A stretch of 64,000 bases of DNA from Myxococcota bacterium. Lineage in GTDB: Bacteria; Myxococcota_A; UBA796; UBA2385. This document shows, one piece after another, positions 9,301 to 19,720 of this stretch (within the stretch, counting starts at the first letter, position 1; the number at the start of each line of letters is the position of its first letter). Where the stretch lies: assembly GCA_044344255.1 (NCBI GenBank), contig JBIJDH010000008.1, positions 64,001 to 128,000 on the forward strand, read 5' to 3'. A program made the translations under genes and the position numbers. The notes under the pieces are model-generated. The model saw nothing but the letters and a program-made list of their open reading frames with translations. It searched no databases and had not been told where the DNA came from.

Positions 9301-9759
9301 GCGGACCTCGACGATGACGGTCGCCCCGAGGTCCTCGCCGCGTCCGGCGGCTTCCTGCTCCACGCCTGGGACGTGTCCGGAGAGGAGCCGGCGGGCTGGC
9401 CCAAGTTCACCGGCCAGTGGGTGCTCGCGAGCCCGGCCGTCGGAGACGTAGACGGAGACGGCCTCCTCGACGTGGTGGTCGGCACGCGCCAGGGCTGGCT
9501 CTTCGCCTGGACCACGAGCAGCCCCGCTGGCGCTCGAGTGGAGTGGGCCGGCTTCGGGCATGACCCCGCCCACACCCGGAACTACTCCACCCCCCTCCCC
9601 GAGGGCTACAACACCGACACCGACGGCCTCACCGACGGGGCCAAGGGCTCCTATCAGGGTGGCTGCGGCGGCTGCGCTCAGGGAACGGGCAGGCGGGGCG
9701 ATTGGCTGCTCTCCGGCCTTGGGGTGGCGCTCCTCTTGGGCCTGCGGAGGCGGCGTTGA
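6379..9759 (+). CDS. S8 (subtilase) family peptidase with FG-GAP/VCBS repeats and MYXO-CTERM-like anchor
   Basis: ATG 6379 after GGAGG; VIAVLDSG (Asp), HGT (His), GCSSGAT (variant Ser motif); many DxDGDG repeats; C-terminus GGCGGC..hydrophobic..LRRRR. Confidence 0.85.
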   Translation: MSLFTPHVLGSVLALALTPARATVPMPTYAECGTPDRPDLCPADLGEDWALLSYVPAAWKATTREAEWSIGTGLGADRAWRTTTGRTDVVIAVLDSGILWDQPKLWRKHYLNAGELPLPQDVLGSDALEYDFNGDGLFNIEDWADDPRVDPAAGVDAADTMLDPSDLIATFSDGIDDDGDGYTDDISGWDFLWNDNDPYDDTRYDHGTYEGEESVQEGDDEYGGVGVCPSCMLLSVRVSDSFVADGTSFGAAALFAVDSGADVLQVALGDMSNPSLAQRAVDYAWEHGVLMVGSAADETAYHPNAPASNERVLYVHAIRHDEDDADESTSFLAYSNCTNHGVRLDLSAPSGGCSSGATAMTAGAAGLLLSAAKDRGIKLAPGELFQLLTTNIVDIDIPESRESGSEWYPSKEGWDRYFGPGRLNAAAAVEAVAAGQIPPMASIDSPRWYELVNPEVGPILEIRATMDAPRSAVASWTLAWGAGDQPDAADLHEIASGTSGAAGVIATLELATLAAEIDPSAPLQDWALGADQIDREDAVNRYTVSLRLSVTDTEGRVAQARKAFYLHADPDALPGFPLRLGPSLEASPTLYDIDGDGVLDIIQGDADGMLHVLHGAGDELPGFPVQLGLIEEVDPDAPTNLLAAPGFAAVAAGSGPSIVSSAAVADLDGDGSPEIVAATLRGLLYVIEADGSVRPGFPVEQEPVTFTDPENLYDEGFFGSPALGDLDNDGQLDIVIGGMDQRVYVWDADGQALPGWPLRATFPGYEDQGSRIVGSPALGDLDEDGVIDVVIGTAETLSDTTGALYAFHGQGTAHPDGPNLPGWPIRLFGAYTQALPYVGEGIPGSPALADIDGDGHLEVTGHTMAGDLPILRGDGTEVYTAGLAADQFGPQSNLNDAALFPLINSSSFGDLDGDGLPDLVTGGIGAGYALGLLHDGKFSPFDDAVGAWSGLTGTYLEGWPRVIEDIQFFMNPAIADLDDDGRPEVLAASGGFLLHAWDVSGEEPAGWPKFTGQWVLASPAVGDVDGDGLLDVVVGTRQGWLFAWTTSSPAGARVEWAGFGHDPAHTRNYSTPLPEGYNTDTDGLTDGAKGSYQGGCGGCAQGTGRRGDWLLSGLGVALLLGLRRRR

Positions 9760-10922
9760 CCCCAGCGCTCCTGGGGCTCTGCCTCGGGCTCGGCCTCGCC
9801 ACCGCCACCGCCGCCGCCGCTCCCGCCGAGGACGGGAGCACGGCCGAGACCGAGGCGCCCCCGGGGCCCCCCGCGCCGGACCTCCGCCCCGACCTCTCCG
9901 TGCTCACCGACCCCGCCGCCGCCCGCGCCGAGCTCGAGCGGTACCGGCAATTCGTCTCGCGCGTGGGCGCCAGGCCACTCCCTGTGCCCCGCCCAGAGGC
10001 GCCTTGGCGCTTCGCCGCCGACATCCACGAGGAGCTCCTCCCTCTCGCGCTCGAGCGCCCCGGCGTCATCCAGCCCATCCGTGTGGGGCGCTCGGTGAAC
10101 GAGCGGCCGATCTGGGGCTTCGTGATCCGCGACCCCGGCGGCCCGCCCGTCACCCAGCGCCTCCTCGTCTTCGCGCAGATCCACCCGCTCGAGTGGATCG
10201 GGGCCGAGGTCGCCACGGACTGGCTGCACGAGCTCTTCGACGATCCACCGGCCGGCGTGGAGATCTGGCTCATCCCCATCCTCAACGTCGATGGCCGCCA
10301 GACCGTCGAGCAGGACCTCCTCGCCGGGAGGAACCTCTACCGCCGCGGGAACGCCAACCACGTCGACCTCAACCGCGACTTCGAGGTGAACCGGAGCTCG
10401 GAGGCGCTCTGGCGCCACATCATCCCGCGTCGCTACGGCACCTCGCCCGCCCCGCTCTCCCAGCCCGAATCGCGGGCCATCGATCACCTCGCGGGGGTGG
10501 TCCACTTCGACGCCAGCGTCAGTCTTCACGCCTTCGGGGGCTACATCTACTACCCCTGGGCGGGTCGCTTCCAGCGGCCGCCCGACTACCAGGAGCTCGA
10601 TCGGCTCGGCCACATCATGGCGGCTGGCCAAGGGGCCCGCGGCTACACCGTCCTCGAGCTCTCCCGTTGGGGCTTCTTCTTCCGCGGCCTCGGCCTCGAG
10701 CTCGACCACCTCTACGGAAAGTACGGCACCAAGGCCTTCCTCATCGAGCTCACCCGCTCGGGGATCCAGCCGCTCCATCCCGCGACGTGGCGGAGCCAGT
10801 TTCGCCTCTACAACCCCGCCGATCCTCGCCGACATGCCGCCCTCGGGGTGGGGGCGCTCCGGGCCCTCGCCCATGAGCTCGAGCGGCAGGCCACCACGGC
10901 GAGGCCGTCCCCCTCCCGTTGA
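9756..10922 (+). CDS. Secreted M14 zinc carboxypeptidase
   Basis: TTG start overlapping the upstream TGA, GGAGG RBS, signal peptide; HPLE (HxxE), LNVDG, VDLNRDF, SLHAFG. Confidence 0.85.
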   Translation: MTPALLGLCLGLGLATATAAAAPAEDGSTAETEAPPGPPAPDLRPDLSVLTDPAAARAELERYRQFVSRVGARPLPVPRPEAPWRFAADIHEELLPLALERPGVIQPIRVGRSVNERPIWGFVIRDPGGPPVTQRLLVFAQIHPLEWIGAEVATDWLHELFDDPPAGVEIWLIPILNVDGRQTVEQDLLAGRNLYRRGNANHVDLNRDFEVNRSSEALWRHIIPRRYGTSPAPLSQPESRAIDHLAGVVHFDASVSLHAFGGYIYYPWAGRFQRPPDYQELDRLGHIMAAGQGARGYTVLELSRWGFFFRGLGLELDHLYGKYGTKAFLIELTRSGIQPLHPATWRSQFRLYNPADPRRHAALGVGALRALAHELERQATTARPSPSR

Positions 10923-10934
10923 TCCCCCCTCGCC

Positions 10935-10963
10935 TTGACGAAGCGCCGTTCCTTCCATAGGCC
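10935..10963 (+). promoter_or_regulatory. Possible sigma70-type promoter for the ABC operon
   Basis: TTGACG-N17-TAGGCC; good -35, weak -10. Confidence 0.3.
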
Positions 10964-11139
10964 GCCCTGCCCTCACCGGTCACCGGGAACGCGGGGCAGA
11001 CCGACGGCGAGAAGGACGCGGACAGAAAGGGAATGAAACGAGCGGTTCGGGTGATGAAGCCCGCCCGATCCCCAGCAGCGACCCCCAGCAGCGACCCGGC
11101 GGTCAGCGGGTCCTGACCCCCGGTACAGAGGCAGATCCC

Positions 11140-12072
11140 ATGATCGAGGTCGAATCACTCAGCCGCTACTACGGGACCCACCGGGCCGTAGACAACGTGA
11201 GCTTCACCATCGGGAAGAACGCCGTGGTGGGCTTCCTCGGGCTGAACGGCGCGGGAAAGACCACCACCCTGAAGGTGATCGCCGGCCTCCTGGCGCCGTC
11301 CTCCGGCTCGGTGCGCATCGACGGCGTGGACATGACCACCGCCGCCGTGAGCTTTCGCCAGCGCATCGGCTTCATGCCGGAGACGCCGCCGCTGTACACC
11401 GAGATGACCGTCTCGGCCTACCTCCGCTACCTGGGCCAGCTCCGCGGGATGCCCAGCGCGGCGGTCGAGGCGAGGCTCCCGAGCGTGCTCGAGCGCTGCC
11501 AGCTCGCTGGGCAGGCCAACCGGGTCATCGACGAGCTGTCCCACGGCTTCCGCAAGCGGGTGGGCATCGCCCAGTCGATCATCCACAAGCCCTCGCTCGT
11601 CATCCTCGATGAGCCGATCAGCGGCCTCGATCCAGTGCAGATCGTCGAGATGCGCAAGGTGATCCGAAGCCTCGGGGACGAGTGCACGGTGCTCGTGAGC
11701 AGCCACATCCTCCCCGAGGTGAGCCAGACCTGTGACCGCATCCTCGTGCTGCGGAAGGGCAAGCTCATCGCCGACGGCACCGAGGAGCAGCTCGCCAACC
11801 GCTTCCACCGCAGCGAGGTCATCAGCGTCGTCGTGCACGGCAGCAAGGCGAAGCTGGAGGCGACGCTCCAGTCGAGCCCCATCGTGTCCAGCTTCACGAT
11901 CACCGGCGGGACGGACGACCGCCCGGCGGCGCGGGTGGAGATGAAGGGTGACCAGCGAGAAGAGCTCGTGCGGCTGCTCCTCGGCGCCGGCTTCGGCCTG
12001 CGTCGCCTCGAGGACGCCAGCGATGAGCTGGAGGATATCTTCATGGACCTGAACCGAGAGGGGGCAGCATGA
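11140..12072 (+). CDS. ABC transporter ATP-binding protein (GldA-like)
   Basis: GLNGAGKT, LSHG signature variant, ILDEP, SSH. Confidence 0.92.
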   Translation: MIEVESLSRYYGTHRAVDNVSFTIGKNAVVGFLGLNGAGKTTTLKVIAGLLAPSSGSVRIDGVDMTTAAVSFRQRIGFMPETPPLYTEMTVSAYLRYLGQLRGMPSAAVEARLPSVLERCQLAGQANRVIDELSHGFRKRVGIAQSIIHKPSLVILDEPISGLDPVQIVEMRKVIRSLGDECTVLVSSHILPEVSQTCDRILVLRKGKLIADGTEEQLANRFHRSEVISVVVHGSKAKLEATLQSSPIVSSFTITGGTDDRPAARVEMKGDQREELVRLLLGAGFGLRRLEDASDELEDIFMDLNREGAA

Positions 12073-12794
12073 GGTCGATTTTCCTCATCGCACGCCGAGA
12101 AGTATCCACCTACCTCAACTCCTGGTGGGGATGGGCCATCTTGGCCATCGTGCTGCTGATCGACGGGCTACTGTTCAACGCCTGGGCGATGGGCTCGAGC
12201 CCGCGCTACTCCGCCGACGTGCTGCAGAGCTTCTTCGAGATCGCGTCGGGCCCGACGATGGTGGCCGCGATCATGATCGCGATGCCGCTGCTCGCGCAAG
12301 AGCGCCAGCAGGGCACCCTGGTGCTGCTCGAGACAGCGCCCGTAAGTGAAGCCGAAGTCATCGCCGGGAAGTACCTCGGCGCCCTCGCCTTCTTGACCTT
12401 CATCACCGCGCTCACCTTCTACATGCCGGCGCTCGTGCAGGTGAACGGCAAAGTGAGCTGGGCCCAGGTGGGCACGGGCTACCTCGGCCTCTTCGGCCTC
12501 GGCGCATCGGCGCTGGCGATCGGCATGTTCGGCAGCGCCATCGCCAAGAACCAGATCCTCGCCGCGATCGTCGGCGGCGCGCTCTTTGTGCTCTTTGTGA
12601 CCGCTTGGTACCTCGGCAAGGTGAGCTCCCCGCCCTTCGCCGACATCGCGACCTACTCCGCCATCTGGGACCGGCACTACCAGCCCTTCATGCGCGGCCG
12701 CATCAACACGGAGAGCCTCGTGTACTTCGGCTCGATCGTCTTTGCCTTCCTGCTGCTCTCCACGCGGGCGCTCCAGGCGAGGAGGTGGCAATGA
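12069..12794 (+). CDS. ABC-2 type permease (GldF-like)
   Basis: Six hydrophobic segments; ERQQGTLVLLETAPV, GKYLG; ATGA overlaps on both sides. Confidence 0.9.
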   Translation: MRSIFLIARREVSTYLNSWWGWAILAIVLLIDGLLFNAWAMGSSPRYSADVLQSFFEIASGPTMVAAIMIAMPLLAQERQQGTLVLLETAPVSEAEVIAGKYLGALAFLTFITALTFYMPALVQVNGKVSWAQVGTGYLGLFGLGASALAIGMFGSAIAKNQILAAIVGGALFVLFVTAWYLGKVSSPPFADIATYSAIWDRHYQPFMRGRINTESLVYFGSIVFAFLLLSTRALQARRWQ

Positions 12795-14821
12795 GGCTCT
12801 CCGGCGTCCTGTACCTCGGGGGGATGTTCTGCTTCCTCCTCGGTGAGCGGATCTTCGGCGGCGAGAACGCGATGCGCTGGGCGCTCGACGGCGTCGGCCT
12901 GCTGCTGCTCGTCTCGGCCCTGGTCTCGCTCGCGCGCGCCGCTGGCGCGGTCTCCGGCGACCAGAAGGCCGCCCACAAGTCCGTGCTCGGCTGGGCGGTG
13001 CTCGGCCTCTCCTCGCTCGGCGTCTATGCCCTCGGCTCTGAGACGGTGGTGACCGCCCTCAAGTTCGCCGAGGCGGAGACCGAGAGCCGCTTCGTCGCGG
13101 CGATCCAGGCGGTCACGGCCATCGTCTGGCTGTCGGGCACCCTGCCCTTCCTGATGAGCGACCGCGTCATCGCCGTCGCCCCCGAGGGGCTGCCCCAGCG
13201 GAAGGTCGGCGAGGCGGCCGCCGCGGCCCTCTCCCTCGCCTTCGCCCTCGCGATGCTCTTCCCCGTCAACTACCTCGGCAACCAGCTCAACAAGCGCTGG
13301 GACTTCGGCTACTTCAAGACGGCCCGGCCCGGCACCTCCACGCAGGGCCTGGTGCAAGACCTCTCCGAGCCGGTCACGATCTACCTCTTCTTCCCGAGCT
13401 CTTCGGACGTCGTGGAGGAGATTCGCACCTACTTCGACGGCCTCTCCGGCGGGAACCTGACGGTCCAGTATGTCGATCACGCGGTCGAGCCCGAGCTCTC
13501 CAAAGACCTCAAGGTCCGAGACAACGGCTACATCGTGCTCGTCAAGGGAGAGGGCGATGACCGGCAGGTCAAGCAGCTCAAGATCGGCGCCGACTTCGAC
13601 TCCGCCAAGAGCAAGCTGAAGAAGCTCGACGAGGACTTCCGCAAGAACCTCCTCGCCCTCTCGAGCGACAAGAAGGTGGCCTACTTCACGGTCGGCCACG
13701 GCGAGCTCGCCTGGACCGGCACCGACCTCGCCCCCGACCGCAAGGTGGCCACCCTCAAGCAGGCCCTTGAGGCCTCCAACTACAAGGTCAAGGAGCTCGG
13801 CCTCGCCCAGGGCCTCGCCAACGAGGTCCCCGATGATGCAGGCGTCGTCTTCATCCTCGGGCCGGTCAACACCTTCCTCCCCGAAGAGCTCGCCTCCCTC
13901 GACCAGTACCGTCGCCGCGGCGGTCGCATGCTGGTCGGCCTCGAGCCCGGCGGCCCCGACATGGCCGGCCTCCTCACCCCGATGGGCATCAGCTACGATC
14001 CCACCGTCTCGCTGGCCAACGACTCGGTCTTCATCCCCCGCACCCAGAAGATCGTGGATCGCCTGAACCTCGTGACGAACAAGTACTCCACCCACGAGTC
14101 GGTCACGAACCTCTCGCGGAACAGCAAGTACCTCGCCACCATCTTCCCGGGCGCCACCGGCCTCGACGAGATCGCCGGCGCGGGCGGCAAGCGCACCGTC
14201 ACCGTGCGCACCCTGCCCGACACCTTCGGCGACCTCAACAACGATCTCAGCTTCGACGCCGCCACCGAGAAGCGGAAGACCTGGACCCTCGCCCTCGCCG
14301 CCACCGGCCCGATCGAGATCCAGGCGGAGGCAGCCCCCGTCGAGCCCAGCCCGGCCGTTGACCCCGCCGCCGCCGACCCCAAGGCCGACGACAAGAAGGC
14401 CGACGACAAGAAGGCCGACGACAAGAAGGCCGACGACAAGAAGGCCGACGACAAGAAGGCCGACGACAAGAAGGCCGACGACAAGAAGGCCGACGACAAG
14501 AAGGAGGAGTCCAAGGCCGCCGAGGAGTACCGCGCCATCGTCGTGGCCGACGCCACCTGGGCGAGCGACCCCATCCTGGTCGCCCAGCTCGACCAGAACG
14601 TGCCCCCCGCCAACGCCCAGTTCTTCGGTGATGCCATGGCCTGGCTCACCGAGGAGGCCGCGATGGGCGGCACCGTGAACAGCGAGGAGGACGTGAAGAT
14701 CCAGCACACCAAGGAAGGCCAGGGCTGGCTCTTCTACGGGACTGCCTTCATCCTGCCCTTCGGGCTCCTGGGCGGGGGCCTCCTCCGCATTCAGTTCCGC
14801 CGTAAGCGGGGTGCCGCATGA
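12791..14821 (+). CDS. GldG-like ABC transporter auxiliary component
   Basis: ATG 12791 after GGAGG; N-terminal TMs, KRWD, YFTVGHGE, ILGP, GG+ motifs and a C-terminal TM. Confidence 0.8.
   Translation: MRLSGVLYLGGMFCFLLGERIFGGENAMRWALDGVGLLLLVSALVSLARAAGAVSGDQKAAHKSVLGWAVLGLSSLGVYALGSETVVTALKFAEAETESRFVAAIQAVTAIVWLSGTLPFLMSDRVIAVAPEGLPQRKVGEAAAAALSLAFALAMLFPVNYLGNQLNKRWDFGYFKTARPGTSTQGLVQDLSEPVTIYLFFPSSSDVVEEIRTYFDGLSGGNLTVQYVDHAVEPELSKDLKVRDNGYIVLVKGEGDDRQVKQLKIGADFDSAKSKLKKLDEDFRKNLLALSSDKKVAYFTVGHGELAWTGTDLAPDRKVATLKQALEASNYKVKELGLAQGLANEVPDDAGVVFILGPVNTFLPEELASLDQYRRRGGRMLVGLEPGGPDMAGLLTPMGISYDPTVSLANDSVFIPRTQKIVDRLNLVTNKYSTHESVTNLSRNSKYLATIFPGATGLDEIAGAGGKRTVTVRTLPDTFGDLNNDLSFDAATEKRKTWTLALAATGPIEIQAEAAPVEPSPAVDPAAADPKADDKKADDKKADDKKADDKKADDKKADDKKADDKKADDKKEESKAAEEYRAIVVADATWASDPILVAQLDQNVPPANAQFFGDAMAWLTEEAAMGGTVNSEEDVKIQHTKEGQGWLFYGTAFILPFGLLGGGLLRIQFRRKRGAA
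14381..14500 (+). repeat. Perfect 15-bp coding repeat x8 (KADDK)
   Basis: aaggccgacgacaag repeated 8 times. Confidence 0.95.
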
Positions 14822-15873
14822 ATTCGTCGATGAAGAGCGTGGTGGTCTACGGTGTGCTGCTGGCCCTCTCGCTCGGCGGCGCCTGGGCGAAGTGGACCGC
14901 CGAGCCCGACAAGGACCTCGGCACCAAGGTGATGCTGCTCGACGGGAAGGTCGACGACATCGAGAAGATCGTCTGGACCGGCGAGAAGGACAAGGCCGAG
15001 ATCGAGCACAAGTCCGACGCCCAGGGCGCCTATCTCTGGGTGGTCTACACCCAGACCAAGGAGAAGGTGAAGCCTCACCCCGACCACGGCCCCACGCCCG
15101 CCGATCCCGCCGCCGCCCCCGAGCCGCCCAAGGCGGAGGAGCCGCCGGAGCTGGTCACGGAGACCCAGGTCTTCAAGGCCGGTGAGAACGGCGACAAGAT
15201 GCTCGAGACCCTGAGCCCCCTGCTGGCGATCCGGAAGCTGTCCGACGTGGACACCGCCAAGCTCGCCAACATCGGCCTCGACGCGCCCAAGGAGTCGATC
15301 GAGATCACCCGCAAAGGCCGCACGCTGAAGCTCGAGCTCGGGGGCGAGTCCTACGGCACGCGCGACCGCTACGCCCGCGACGCGGCGACGGGCGACATCT
15401 ACCTCCTCGACGACGAGACCATCCGCCCCCTCAAGTTCGCCCGCACCCGCCTGCCCGATCGCGGCCTCTTCTCGCTCGGACAGGAAAAGATCGCGAGCGG
15501 GAACATCGAGGATGCGACCGGCAAGAAGGTCGCCTTCGAGCAGAAGAACAAGGATGACAAGGCCAAGGCCACCTGGGTGAAGGCCACCGCCCCCGACGCC
15601 GAGGACGTGCAGCTCAAGACCTGGATCGATCAGGCCTTGAAGTTGAAGAGCACCGCTTACGCCAACCCCGACGAGGCACCGCAGAACCTCGAGCCAAGGT
15701 TCAAGCTGAGCTTCACCGACGAAAAGGGCAAGTCGGAGACCCTCGAGGTCCTCCAGGCCGGCGCTGAGGGCGACTGGTGGGCGAAGGGCGACTACACCCG
15801 CGGCCTCGTCAAGCTGCTGCGCGGCCCCACCAGCCAGCTCTCGCTGGACGTCGGCTCCCTGCTCACGGAGTAG
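14818..15873 (+). CDS. DUF4340-like membrane-anchored protein
   Basis: N-terminal TM; LANIGLDAP motif; fourth gene of a GldA/F/G-type operon; ATGA overlap. Confidence 0.7.
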   Translation: MNSSMKSVVVYGVLLALSLGGAWAKWTAEPDKDLGTKVMLLDGKVDDIEKIVWTGEKDKAEIEHKSDAQGAYLWVVYTQTKEKVKPHPDHGPTPADPAAAPEPPKAEEPPELVTETQVFKAGENGDKMLETLSPLLAIRKLSDVDTAKLANIGLDAPKESIEITRKGRTLKLELGGESYGTRDRYARDAATGDIYLLDDETIRPLKFARTRLPDRGLFSLGQEKIASGNIEDATGKKVAFEQKNKDDKAKATWVKATAPDAEDVQLKTWIDQALKLKSTAYANPDEAPQNLEPRFKLSFTDEKGKSETLEVLQAGAEGDWWAKGDYTRGLVKLLRGPTSQLSLDVGSLLTE

Positions 15874-15904
15874 GCGGGGCGCCGTGACGAGGTAGGGGAG
15901 GGCC

Positions 15905-17092
<1,188 letters not shown>

Positions 17093-17179
17093 GGCCCGAG
17101 GCCGCGAGGCCCCCGCTCGGCGGCGGTGGCCGGTCGACCGGTGGTCGGCTACGAAGCACGCGAGCATCGGAGTCATCGT

Positions 17180-18121
17180 ATGTCGGGCAACGGGTTGGCA
17201 GCGGTTTCGAAGGCAGCGGGATCGAACACATCCTCGCGAGGCGCCGCCGGGCCCCTCCGCATCGGGATCATCGGCGGGAGCGGCCTCTACGAGATGGAGG
17301 GCCTCCAAGACGTCCGCGAGGAGCGGGTCGAGACCCCCTTCGGCAGCCCGTCTGACGCCTTCATCATCGGTCGGCTGGCCGACGTAGAGGGCGTGGAGCT
17401 CGTCTTCCTCCCCCGTCACGGCCGCGGGCATCGCCTCAACCCCTCCGAGGTCAACTACCGGGCCAACGTCTTCGGTATGAAGCTGCTCGGGGTGAGCTGG
17501 ATCCTCAGCGTGAGCGCCGTGGGCTCCCTGAAGGAGGAGATCGTCCCCGGGCACGTCGTCATCATCGATCAGTTCATCGACCGCACCCACAAGCGCGCCA
17601 GCACCTTCTTCGAAGGGGGCATCGTCGCCCACGTGGCCTTCGGTGACCCGGTCTGCCCCACCCTCCGCACCTTCATCCTCGAGGCCGCCCGCTCCACGGC
17701 CGCGGTCGTGCACGACGGCGGCACCTACGTGTGCATGGAGGGCCCGCAGTTCTCCAGCAAGGCCGAGAGCCTGCTGCACCGCTCCTGGGGCGCCTCGGTC
17801 ATCGGCATGACCAACCTCCCCGAGGCCAAGCTGGCCCGCGAGGCGGAGATCTCCTACGCCACCCTGGCGATGGCCACCGACTACGACTGCTGGCACCCCG
17901 ACCACGATCATGTCACCGTCGATCAGGTGGTGGGCGTGCTCCTCGCGAACGTGGCCCTCGCCAAGTCGATCATCCGGGCGGTTATCCCCAAGATCGCGGC
18001 GCATCCGGGCCCGGCCCCGATGTCGACCGCCTTGGCCAACGCCATCATGACCAACCGCGCGGTCATCCCGGCCGAGCGGGCGTCCGCCCTCGCGCCGCTC
18101 ATCGGCAAGTACCTGGGGTAG
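17180..18121 (+). CDS. mtnP: S-methyl-5'-thioadenosine phosphorylase
   Basis: IGIIGGSGLY, TPFGSPS, RHGRGH, EGPQFS, IGMT, TDYDCW. Confidence 0.95.
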   Translation: MSGNGLAAVSKAAGSNTSSRGAAGPLRIGIIGGSGLYEMEGLQDVREERVETPFGSPSDAFIIGRLADVEGVELVFLPRHGRGHRLNPSEVNYRANVFGMKLLGVSWILSVSAVGSLKEEIVPGHVVIIDQFIDRTHKRASTFFEGGIVAHVAFGDPVCPTLRTFILEAARSTAAVVHDGGTYVCMEGPQFSSKAESLLHRSWGASVIGMTNLPEAKLAREAEISYATLAMATDYDCWHPDHDHVTVDQVVGVLLANVALAKSIIRAVIPKIAAHPGPAPMSTALANAIMTNRAVIPAERASALAPLIGKYLG

Positions 18122-18124
18122 CCC

Positions 18125-18886
18125 ATGCGCGCTGCGCTCCTCACCTCGCTCGTCGCCCTCTCGCTTGGCCTCAGCTCCCTTGGGGTGGGCTGCGTGAGCC
18201 AGAAGCAGCAGGAGCGGGCCGCCGCCCGGGTTGAGCTCGGCTCGGCCCTCCTCGGGGAGGGCAACGCCCCCGGCGCCATCGGGGCCCTCGAGGAGTCCGT
18301 CGACCTCGACCCGCGCAACTGGGAGGCCTGGAACAAGCTGGGCCTCGCGTACGCCGCCCGCGGCGCCCCCGACAAGGCCATGAAGGCCCTGAAGAAGGCG
18401 GCCCGGCTCGCCCCCAAGAACGCGGAGGCGCTCAACAACTACGGATGGCTCCTCATCGCGCGGGGGGAGTACGCCGAGGCCATCCCCGTCCTCGAGAAGG
18501 CCCGCGAGGACTACACCTACCGCAAGCCCTCGATCGTGCTCAGCAACCTCGGCTTCGCCTACCTTCAGGTCGGTAAGATCGATGAGTCGCTGCCGATCCT
18601 CGACGAGGCCGTCATGCGGGCGCCGAACCTCTGCACCGCTCGGTTCAACCGCGGCCTCGCCCTGCACGCCGCCGGCAAGACCGAGAAGGCCCTCCACGAC
18701 TTCGACGGCGCGATCGAGCTCTGCGGCGACCGCCTGCCAGACGCCTGGTTCCACGCCGCCAAGGCGATGCTCGAGATGGAGAATCGGGCCGGCGCCTGCG
18801 AGTACCTCCGCGCCACGGTCGATCGGGTGGAGCGGGGCAGCTCCCTCTCCACGGCCGCCTCGACCCTCGCCGCGAAGGAGTGCTGA
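18125..18886 (+). CDS. TPR lipoprotein, Tgl/PilF(PilW)-like type IV pilus pilotin
   Basis: Lipobox-like VGC; TPRs with ALNNYG and DYTYRKP..LSNLG; lies between rlmN and a rodZ-like gene. Confidence 0.75.
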   Translation: MRAALLTSLVALSLGLSSLGVGCVSQKQQERAAARVELGSALLGEGNAPGAIGALEESVDLDPRNWEAWNKLGLAYAARGAPDKAMKALKKAARLAPKNAEALNNYGWLLIARGEYAEAIPVLEKAREDYTYRKPSIVLSNLGFAYLQVGKIDESLPILDEAVMRAPNLCTARFNRGLALHAAGKTEKALHDFDGAIELCGDRLPDAWFHAAKAMLEMENRAGACEYLRATVDRVERGSSLSTAASTLAAKEC

Positions 18887-19713
18887 TGCTCGACCTGCGC
18901 CGAGAGCGGGAGCGTCGGGGGATGAGCCTCGAGCAGGCCTCGGGCCGCTCGCGCATCCCCGTGCGCTACCTGATGGCGCTGGAGAACGGCACCGCCGCCC
19001 AGGTCGGGCCGATGCGGGACTGGCGGCAGCGATACGTGACCTTCCTCGGCCTGCGCGAGGCGGAGGCCATCCCCACCGAAGACCGGCGAGGCCCCGAGGT
19101 CGCCCCCGCCGCGGAGCCCGAGGAGGAGCCGAGCGCCGACCCCGAGCACACCTCGACCACCGCCACCATCCCTCGCCACGAGGAGCTGCCGGTCGGTCGC
19201 CTGCTGATGTCGGGCTTCGTGCTCACGTTGCTGGCGCTGCTCTGCCTCAAGCTGGGGGCCCTCATCCTCGACATGAGCGCCGAGAACGAGGTGACCCAGG
19301 CGGTCGCTGAAGCGGCGGCCCCCCGGGACGCGCCGGCGACCGCTGCCGCGTTGGTGTCCACGGAGGTGGCGGCGCCGAGCACAGGCCCGGTCGCTGCGGT
19401 CCCCGTCACCGAGGCACCCGTCACCGAGGTCCCCGTCACCGAGGTCAAGGCGGCCCTCGCCAAGGGCTTCCAGCAGATCCGGGTCCGCGCCGTCGAGCCC
19501 ACGCGGGTCCAGATCAAGGCCGGCGAAGTGATCAAGCACAGGGGCCTGCTGGAGGCAGGAGAGGCGGTAGACGTCGAGTCCGAAGAGACCGTCATCCTCG
19601 AGATCGCTGACCTCACCCAGGTTGTGGTGCACCAGAACGGGGCGCGCATCGAGCCCCTGCACAACCTCTCCAAGGGTCGCCGCCTCGTCTTCCTCGCCGA
19701 CGGCCAGGACTGA
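18886..19713 (+). CDS. RodZ-like protein (XRE HTH, TM, C-terminal beta domain)
   Basis: LRRERERRGMSLEQ..RIPVRYLMALENG; single TM; Ala/Pro linker; TGATG overlap. Confidence 0.75.
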   Translation: MLDLRRERERRGMSLEQASGRSRIPVRYLMALENGTAAQVGPMRDWRQRYVTFLGLREAEAIPTEDRRGPEVAPAAEPEEEPSADPEHTSTTATIPRHEELPVGRLLMSGFVLTLLALLCLKLGALILDMSAENEVTQAVAEAAAPRDAPATAAALVSTEVAAPSTGPVAAVPVTEAPVTEVPVTEVKAALAKGFQQIRVRAVEPTRVQIKAGEVIKHRGLLEAGEAVDVESEETVILEIADLTQVVVHQNGARIEPLHNLSKGRRLVFLADGQD

Positions 19714-19720
19714 GGCCGCC

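Noticed and set aside
6496..9573. Very long antisense ORFs (also 15863-18754, 33494-36574, 36280-38472, 12677-14707)
   Set aside because: Shadow frames of high-GC genes; the opposite strand carries the recognisable motifs, RBSs and operon coupling.
11030..11065. Hammerhead-like GAAA/TGATGA or SRP-like sequence in the ABC leader
   Set aside because: No CUGANGA core with three stems and no SRP domain IV consensus.
11140..15873. Bacteroidetes-type gliding machinery (gldAFG)
   Set aside because: This ABC family is widespread in non-gliding taxa and no other gld/spr genes are present, so gene symbols were withheld.
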